Assembly: GCA_002633005.1 (NCBI GenBank)
Contig: NMRA01000516.1
Location: 200,562-264,561 of the forward strand
Source of the DNA: Phoronis australis
Taxonomy: Eukaryota; Animalia; Phoronida
Length of the DNA: 64,000 nt
Reading direction: 5' to 3'
Position numbers and translations under genes: made by a program. Each line of letters opens with the position of its first letter. Position 1 is the first letter of the stretch. The notes beneath the pieces were generated by a model, which saw only the letters and a program-made list of their open reading frames with translations, searched no databases and was not told the origin of the DNA. Positions 56,178 to 64,000 of the stretch are shown piece after piece.

Positions 56178-59090
56178 TGTTATCTAGGCATAATTAGTTA
56201 TATTGATGTCTTTAGTAATTCCATGTGCTGTACTGGCGTAGTGGTTTACAAGTAGTTCCAATAAAGTAGTTCCTAACCATGTGCTTCAAGATGGCAGTCT
56301 TATTTTAATCTGTGTTACAGTTTTATTGAAGACGTAACATAATGGCGGCGAGAATTGGTTCATCGCAAAAGAGGACTTTGTGAAACTTTCGCCAAAATCT
56401 CAGTTGGAAAAATGCCAAATGAGAATGATAACTTATTTTGGTAAACAACTGAAATCGTTAGGGCTGAAATGAATGTCTGTGAAACTAAACAAAATGGAGA
56501 ATATGTTGCCACTCTATGTGGTAGACAAAGGTAGCCCACCTTTATTTGGTTACGAATGGCTCAATTCTGTTTCCTGGCTGGAAAATGGCCTTCAAGACCA
56601 CTAATGTCAACAAAGTGGTAAGTATCTAATGAGGATGCATTAAAGCTGTTTGGAGATTGTAGCGATGTTTTTAAAGACAAACTGGAACTTTAAAGAGGCT
56701 TAGAGCCGCCCAAATTGTCATGAAACCACCAAACAGCAAGTCCACGTTTTGCAAGGCCAGGCAGGTGCCCTACTGTGAGAAATGCAGTAGATGCGGAGTT
56801 GGATAGTCTTATGGAATGCAGCACCTTAGAACCAGTCAAGCATAATGAATGGGCAACACATATGATCGTGGCCATTCCCAAATATCAGATAATCTGATGT
56901 AAGAATTTGTGGTGACTTTAAGGTTACCGTGAACCTGGTACACAAAGATGATATCTTGGCCACTCTGGAAGAAGGGAAACGCTTCACTAAGTTGAACTTA
57001 TGTAGCGCGTACTTCAAATGGAGGTTGAAGAAGAACATTGACATTTCCTGAATGTATATACACCCAATGGTTTGATGTGATACACACAATTGGTCTTCTG
57101 GGGCTAGCATCTTTTCCATCACTTTGGCAACGTAATTGATTGAACAGGTGTTGCAAGGAATACCTGGAGTGCAAGTTATATTGGACGATATGATTACCAC
57201 TGGGAAATCTGACAAGGAACACTTACGAAACCTAAAGTCAGTTCTGGACAGACTGCGTGGGTATGGTTTGAAAGCTAATATGAAGAAATGCAATATTTTT
57301 AAAGAGAAAATAGAATATTCTGATCACATCATAGACAAGGCACGTCTACACAAAACTTCGGAGAAAGTAGCCGCCGTCATCAACAGTCCGGAACCTACAC
57401 ATGTGAAATATTAATAAGTGAGATCATTTATCGGATATTTGATTTATTACGGGAAATTCATACCCAACCTCGCTACCATAATGCATAATTGTTGCAAAGA
57501 GATGCTAAGTGGATTTGGTCAGAACAATGCAAGAATGTATTTGCAAAAATAAAACAAATTATTAGTTGAGATCAAGTATTGCCACATTATGATTTGGCCC
57601 TGCCGATATAGTTGTTGTGTGATGCATCACCCCATGTGTATTATCCCATACGCTACAATCAGGGGAGAAGCGACGTATTGCCTTTGCCTCAAGATTGCTT
57701 AATATTTTGAAGCCAAGAAAAAATACTCTCAAATAGGTAAACAAGCATTAGGGCTCGTCTGGGGAATTGGGCGATTCTATGCGTATTTCTATGGGAGACA
57801 CTTCACGCTGGTCACTGACCACCAACTGCTGCAAGGGAATCTCGATGACTACAGCTGTCAGACTCCAATGCTATGCATTATTTCTGAGTGGATACAATTA
57901 TTTGATCGAAAACCGCAACATGAATCTACACCGAAATGCACACGGACTGTCTCGTATGTGTGTGGCTCTGGAAATGGACATTTCTCATGAGGAAGAATTT
58001 GACATCGCAAACATATTTCAAGTTACACAAATTGAAAAGCTACCCTTCACAAGGGAAACTATCTGGCGAAGCACGCCTAGATAAAACACTGTCTTGTTTG
58101 TATGATGCAGCCATGCACGTCTGGGATGAAAACACGGAACCGTCACTTCAACCGTTTTTGATTCAAAAGAACGAACTGTCTACACCAGGGTTGCCTGATG
58201 TGGGGTTTTCCTTTCACTATCCAAGAAAGTCTGACAACATCGGTTCTCTAAAAAATTCATGAAGGACACATTGGTGTGAAAATGAAAGCGATTGCAAGGA
58301 GTTATGTTTGGTGACCAGGCATAGACTCTGAAGTTGAAATTTGGGCAAAATCATGTACAGGTTGTCAAGAATGCACTGCTCGAAGCACCTGTGCACCCAC
58401 ACGAATTTCCCATGCAAAAATGGCAATTGGTTTAATATAGACTTTGTGGGACCTTTTATGAGATCTATGTTTTTAGTGGTCATAGATTTGTGCTATAAGT
58501 GGCCGGAAGTAATTCCCATGAAAACCACTGTTGGTTAACCATGGTTATTTTAGCAGGAATGGCATTCCTGAACGTGTAGTTAGTGATAACTGGCCACAAT
58601 TCTTGTCTCAGCAGTTAAAGAACTCCATGTCAGCAAATGGGATTAAACAAACAACTTCCAGCGCCATATCACCCACAAACCAACAGACAGATGGAAGGAT
58701 AATTGTTCAATGCTTTAAACAAGGAATGAAATGTGCCAAACATGACCACCGGTCATTATGAGCCAAATGTAGGCAGATTCCTTTTAGCATAAGGAATGCC
58801 CCACAATCAACAAGAATGCCTGACTGCAAAAGGATACCATGATCGCATATTGTCTATAACAAAACTGGACCGCTTTCTTACAGGATCAAAGTGCAGCCTG
58901 GAGCCAACTTGTGATGTAGGCATGCTGACCAAATCATCACTAACTGTTACCCGTCAATCACCGCCAGAATACCGATAGCGACGGAAACTCCGCCCAACAA
59001 TCGCGGTGTAGACACACCCGGACACTTGCAATACACCGCGTGAGCGGCGCTATCCATCATATGTATGGAAGGCACCAGACATACTTTTAA
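56178..59090 (+). mobile_element. Degenerate Gypsy (Mag / K02A2.6-like) LTR retrotransposon, 3' LTR missing
   Basis: 5' LTR 56178-56339 (TGTTA...TAACA, internal AATAAA). PBS-like TGGCGGCGAG at 56343 resembles the tRNA-Ser PBS TGGCGACGAG. Broken protease (LPLYVV..PPLFGYEWL), RT (RICGDFKVTVN, VILDDMITTG), RNase H (CDASP) and integrase (H..HIG..KAIARSYVW*PG..CTGC; IDFVGPF; GIPERVVSDN), then an ERRYP tail. Many stops and frameshifts. Confidence 0.93.
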
Positions 59091-59703
59091 GTGTCTCTGG
59101 TGCTGACCCTCCCCTGCGATGCACAAGTTCAGAGTCCTGTATTGACTGGTTGATACTTTTGTGCATTTCTCTCCTCATCTTTTGTGTTGTTGTAATTGAC
59201 TGAGTAAGATGGTTATCAGGTGTAAGCTAAACTCTATTCTGGTTCTATGGGTTTCACAGTGCAGCAGTACTATGTGTTTACTATGACTCAAGTATTTTTT
59301 GTTCAGAACTTCTAAAGGTTATTGAAATTCCATTATGAGGGTTGTGTACAGTGGACCCAAGATATTTAATCAGGCACTTATGGAGGGCAATCTTCGTTTA
59401 TAGAGTGAAAACTAAATTTCATCTCGTAAGTAATGCTATTCCATAATTCAAAATGCCAACATGCCCAACCTATTACTTCAGTGGTCGCCATTTTGATACG
59501 TTACATCATTAGGCCTAAGGACTCATGAAGCATTTTCATTTCACCCTATTTTGAATTTCATCTCACTCTGTTAGCAGAAGTGTTCAAACAATAAATTTCT
59601 TCATAATAAGCAAGATTGAATTGTTTCATTCCTTAAATTAAGATGAATTTTTTATTGAAATCAGTGAAGCAAGTGTTTGATAAGTCTTGCTTCCTTTACA
59701 TAC

Positions 59704-59785
59704 CTGTTGTTGAGAAAAGGTCACCTTCGAAGATGAGAGCTTCACCCAGTAATCACCAGGGGAAGAGGTTTTCACAAAAGAACAT
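59704..59785 (-). CDS. Reeler-domain C-terminal exon
   Basis: Acceptor tgtatttcag (phase 2) gives (V)CSFVKTSSPGDYWVKLSSSKVTFSQQQ, matching the end-of-Reeler pattern FV..YW..xS. Donor cag|gtatgt (phase 0). Confidence 0.85.
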
Positions 59786-60887
59786 CTGAAATACACAAGA
59801 AGTTAGTGTATAAACTTCGTGTCTGTAAAGCACATTCAAGGTACTAACATTCCCAATGTTATTTGACCAAACTGATTTATATGCGCCCATACATATGCGG
59901 GTGATTATTGCGTCCATACACATATGAGTATATATTAACCCCATACACACGTAGGTGTATATTGTGCCCATACACATGTGGCTGTATATTGCTGTCATAT
60001 TCATTTCAAGGTCCTGCAACTGCTGTTTTATCTTGACTAAACCAGCTGACTACAGAGGACGTGACTCTCACGTCTGCTATGCGACTTAAACCAGAGGTTG
60101 AATATGGTTCCACTTTCCATCCTCCTTGCATTGTCTGTCGACCATGATTGTTTGTAGCTTATTTTTCTCAAATTACAAGATTGGTTGCTGTGTTATGACA
60201 ATTGTCGAAAGCTGGTGTAACAAATTCTTTGGAAATTTTACAGCATATTTATGTTCTTTTGGAGACAAATACACAGTTGAACTTGTAATGCTCGTTCTTT
60301 GGCCTGTGCATGGGGTATTGCTGCTTGTGATGTTGGGGTGAAGTTACGGGTATCAACTTAAAATTGAACATATCAGAGTTAGGCAGAAACTGGGTGTTAA
60401 CGGAAATGATAGTCACTTGCTTAGTTGTGGGTCTTGGAATAACCAATAACAAAAAAGAGGAAAATTTCCAGGTGATGAATTGTTCTAGAAATAAACAGGC
60501 TTGTGTGACAGAAATATTTTTTGTGTTGTAAAATTTAACAGTAATAAACGTTTTTACATAAAAAAGTCAAAATAATGATAAGAGTTGGAAAAAAGAGGAA
60601 ACTGGAAATCAAATAAGAAGAAATCGAAACCAAGGGAGAGGAAATCATCTTAAAAGAGGAAAATTCCATGCCCTGTAGTTGCCAACATTCCAAAACTAAA
60701 AAGCGTGACATCAGAATCTGGGATAATGCAGGAGGGAAATGTGTGCGGAAACTTGTTCAACCAGCCTGCTGACATGCTGTGAGTAAATGGAGTATAAGAA
60801 CTCTGGACAATGTGGGAGTATGTTCCTATCTGGGAGTATGTAAATATCATGTGTGTCAAAAAGGAGGACAGCTGGCAGGAATAAACC

Positions 60888-62582
60888 CAGGTTTCAAAAC
60901 CCTGCTCGCCAGCTGGGCGAGTGAGTGAGCCAGAAAATCTACTCGCCCAACCCGAAGTTCAGTCGCCCTGGCGTTTGCGTCTGTCACCACAAACTTGCTA
61001 TTGTAAGTAAAAATCATTGTTTCGTGCGTTGATGTCACCATCAATTAGGGTTACCGTATTTGTCCTAATAAGCACCCAGGGTGCTTAGAAAAAATCCTTT
61101 CAGAAGGGGAGGTGCTTGTTGTAGCCCAAGGCGGTTGAAACCCGGTCTCCGAAACGGAAGCTAGGTTTCATCAAATTTATGCGCTGTGACGTATCTGTAA
61201 CTAATGACAGACTTTCTACATACATGTAACTGTGGTACATTGCTATCAAACTATGTTGTTGAATTACGATCTTTTTATAAAATATGCTGAACTCCAAGGG
61301 CGAAAACTTGCCGACTGATGCGTCGCTGCCTCGCGATCGTCGATAGGGCAACTTGAATTCTTGAGTAAAAATACAATTTCGAATAAACAAATTACCTGAA
61401 ATCCTCCTTAAGTTTTCCAAATAGCTTCCTTAAGGTTTTTAAGTTCCTCAGGTGGAGTCAGGACTAATCTGCGCTAGACCCCGCAACACGAGAAAAATCT
61501 GGACGAACACACATGTTGTTGTTTGTTTTGACATTAGTCTACAGGTGTGCGCCGAGCAAGCACGTACTTGTCATCAGAATTCATTTGCCAGAATAGCAGG
61601 CCTACATTATGTAGGCCCTAGCGCTCCCTCCTTGGCCACGTGCTCATTGCTGCTCAAGTTTCGATTCGTGGTTTTTACGTGTACAAAGTATCCTTGATTC
61701 CTGCTGAGGGAGAAGATCTATACGGGAAAGATACAATACAGTCCCGTTGACCAGCGCGCTGCGTCTGTTCTGAAAGGCCGGACCATAGTCACAGGGACAC
61801 GTTCCTTGCATCTTGATTAGCAAAAGTTTTGCATTCTTTTTAAAGCATTGCAAAAGTTTGAAGTGTACAGCCACGGCTAAATATCGACATGGCGGCGAGG
61901 CTCGTGGTCTGGAAATTCCGTTCACAATGATTTTTCAGGACTGTCGGATATTATTGATAAATTGAAGAGATTACTGTAGAATTTTAGAACTGTAGGTAAG
62001 GCATTTTTGGTATATGTACACCTGATGCTCATGGACTGGGTGCATATTTTAGCGAAGTCTGGAAACGAGTGGGGGACGCTTATAGGGGTATGGGCGCTTA
62101 TTACGGCGAATCTTACTATGTATAAAATAATTTTGGCTAATGTGACCTTGTACATTACAATAAGAAATCAGTTCCATGGAATATGATATTTCACTTGCTG
62201 CGAGCACATGGACCGGTCTTCTGCCTTTCCTCCCTTTTCTTCGTTTCGGACTAGTCCACAAATTCCTTTGTGCACGACCACCCACTGTGATCTTTTTTCT
62301 AGACGAATCTCGTAACGGGTGACATCTACTGAATTGGTAAGATCGCACTGCGTTGATTTTTTTTACTGCTGGAGCATCGACACACTGGCCAAACTGGACC
62401 TTAAATTCATGATAAGAACAGCACAAGGAGAAAATTTATTCACGTTCATCTTGGAAATGATATAGTGCTTTTGTGCTCTGAAAATTCGCTCACCACCTGG
62501 GCGACCAGCAAGTCAACTTCTACTCGCCCAGCACCATTTTTACTCGCATTGGCGACTGGGCGAGTGGCTAAGTATATCTCTG
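60888..62582. mobile_element. hAT-like element with nested pogo-like element (~61054-62116), in Reeler intron
   Basis: CAGG... ends with CTCGCC/GGCGAG subterminal repeats. Inner element TACCGTATTTGTCCTAATAAGCACCC ... GGGCGCTTATTACGGCGAAT. Confidence 0.7.
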
Positions 62583-62626
62583 GCTGGTATCTATGCACTT
62601 GTTAATCACTAATGGTTTGAACTTAC

Positions 62627-62858
62627 ACAAAGGTCACATCTTCTGTCAATGAGCCTGGAGCTATCCACTGGAATGTTTTCTCTGTCTTGTCGCTGTTGAA
62701 GGAGTGCGTCACAATGTCGTTGGCGTTGTTGCAGTTCTGACGTAAAGATTCTGATGGTATGGCTGCATCCCATGAGCCAATAATAGTGCCAGACGGGGAA
62801 CGCGCTTGAAGCATGAATCCTCGAAATTTGTCTGCTGAACTTTTACTTCTGATAGTAA
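62627..62858 (-). CDS. Reeler-domain exon (defense protein / FRRS1-like Reeler family)
   Basis: VTIRSKSSADKFRGFMLQARSPSGTIIGSW...C...VTHSFNSDKTEKTFQWIAPGSLTEDVTF carries the Reeler motifs FRGFxLQAR, GxW, VTH and WxAP. Acceptor ctatgcag, donor gt|gtaagt (phase 1 in, phase 2 out). 5' exons were not found in the window. Confidence 0.9.
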
Positions 62859-63277
62859 CTGCATAGACAGGATGAGGTTTGGTTAAGAGCATGGTTCAGT
62901 AGATAGACATTATGACTTCTAAAACTCCTTTGAGGGGATGATGTAGTTACATCATTTGTAAAATCTATTGGTGCATTTACACCAACCTCTTGTCTATTTA
63001 CATTGGCAGGTTTTGGTGGGGCATTCTCCGCTCACTATCAGGTGTTACAGAATTCTAAGAAGGAGCAGGGCTATCTCAGCATTAATACACTCATACTGGG
63101 CACATGGGTCATAGTTGGAAATCAAGGTGTCTATCAACTGTAAATACTTTTTGTGTCATGTTCTTTAAGTGATGGGTGAAAAAACGTAAGGCAGTTTCAG
63201 CCATGTTTTTTTCTTAAATATATAGACACTGAGGTTGGCCTGCAGTGAAAGATATCAAATAAACACAGAAAAATCAG

Positions 63278-63355
63278 GAACCTCAAATGGGAATCGAACC
63301 GCAGGTCTCTAGATTGCCGGTCAATTGCTCCTACCACTGAGCTACTGACAGGACC
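63278..63355 (-). mobile_element. tRNA-derived (SINE-head-like) Pol III promoter sequence
   Basis: A-box TAGCTCAGTGGTAG and B-box GGTTCGATTCCC at tRNA spacing; the acceptor stem does not pair well, so not called a tRNA gene. Confidence 0.7.
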
Positions 63356-63699
63356 CGATATCTGTTCAATAGCGGATTTGCAGCGCAAACGAACTACGCA
63401 TTGCGCATGTGCGAGTTACTTCCTGCGCGAAGGCTCATGGGATAGCTTGGGGTCAGGGATGTCTTGAACAGGCTGGATAGTGTGTGCATTTGGAGTGATT
63501 TGCAAACTAAAAACCATGTTTCATTTTTTTGCTTTATAATACCAAGCAAGTCCTCTCTCTCGTTTGTAAACACAGCGGAGCTATGATCAGTGACCGTGTG
63601 ACCGAGGGCACGACTGTCGTCATGTTCAGTATTGGGGCTATCGGCGTTGATTTTGAAATCATCTCTGGTTTCAGACAAGTTGAGAGTTCTTGGGTTGCT

Positions 63700-63870
63700 T
63701 AACTTTTGTAGCTTTCGCCGTGGATATCCTAGAGACGTTAATTTTAAGAGGAAACTCAGTCGGAATGTTGTTCTCATACGTCTTTTTTCCACCAGGAAAA
63801 TGTTCGCTGCACACACGATGGCCCCCAGGCAATTACATCACACTGGATGCCGCAGGCATTCAGGGGCGAT
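63700..63870 (-). pseudogene. THAP-domain remnant (transposon-derived)
   Basis: Alternative frame reads HRVCSEHFPGGKKTYENNIPTEFP, matching the THAP CSxHF...[AI]PTxF signature. Confidence 0.75.
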
Positions 63871-64000
63871 AGTATATACATCCTCACAAAAAGTTACTCA
63901 TTTCAAAAAACAGCAAATAAAATCAAATGAACCATACATACAGGAACACGGGGTTATAATTAGCACATACCACGACTCTGAATACAATTTANCTTGTCAG

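Noticed and set aside
60000-60452. Additional Ser/Thr exon in the Reeler intron
   Set aside because: No sustained open frame, and it would interrupt the Reeler domain, whose flanking exons already join in phase.
63278-63355. Functional tRNA gene
   Set aside because: A and B boxes are present, but the acceptor and anticodon stems do not pair convincingly.

Overview
Eukaryotic, AT-rich, transposon-dense animal DNA. The repeat types suggest a marine invertebrate, possibly a mollusc or other lophotrochozoan (inference). Two genes can be reconstructed by hand. (1) A + strand, two-coding-exon secreted protein (6478-6544 + 7100-8538, 501 aa) with a signal peptide, three N-terminal ShK domains, a Thr/Ser/Pro mucin stalk and a fourth C-terminal ShK domain. 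(2) The 3' part of a - strand Reeler-domain gene (exons 62627-62858, 59704-59785), followed by THREE paralogous terminal exons that each encode a Ser/Thr stalk plus a GPI-signal-like tail (53862-54155, 54932-55168, and a damaged copy at 55992-56177 cut by a Mag-type Gypsy element). The rest is mostly TE-derived: THAP-bearing TTAA-targeting (Kolobok-like) elements, pogo-like, hAT-like, Harbinger-like and foldback MITEs, Helentron-like (HINE) repeat arrays, a 5'-truncated CR1/L2-type LINE, a tRNA-derived head next to a THAP remnant, and minisatellites. Single Ns (31476, 44032, 54594, 63992) mark probable assembly joins; the one at 44032 separates what look like two haplotypes. No prokaryotic systems or CRISPR arrays. 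All calls are by eye, with no database searches.
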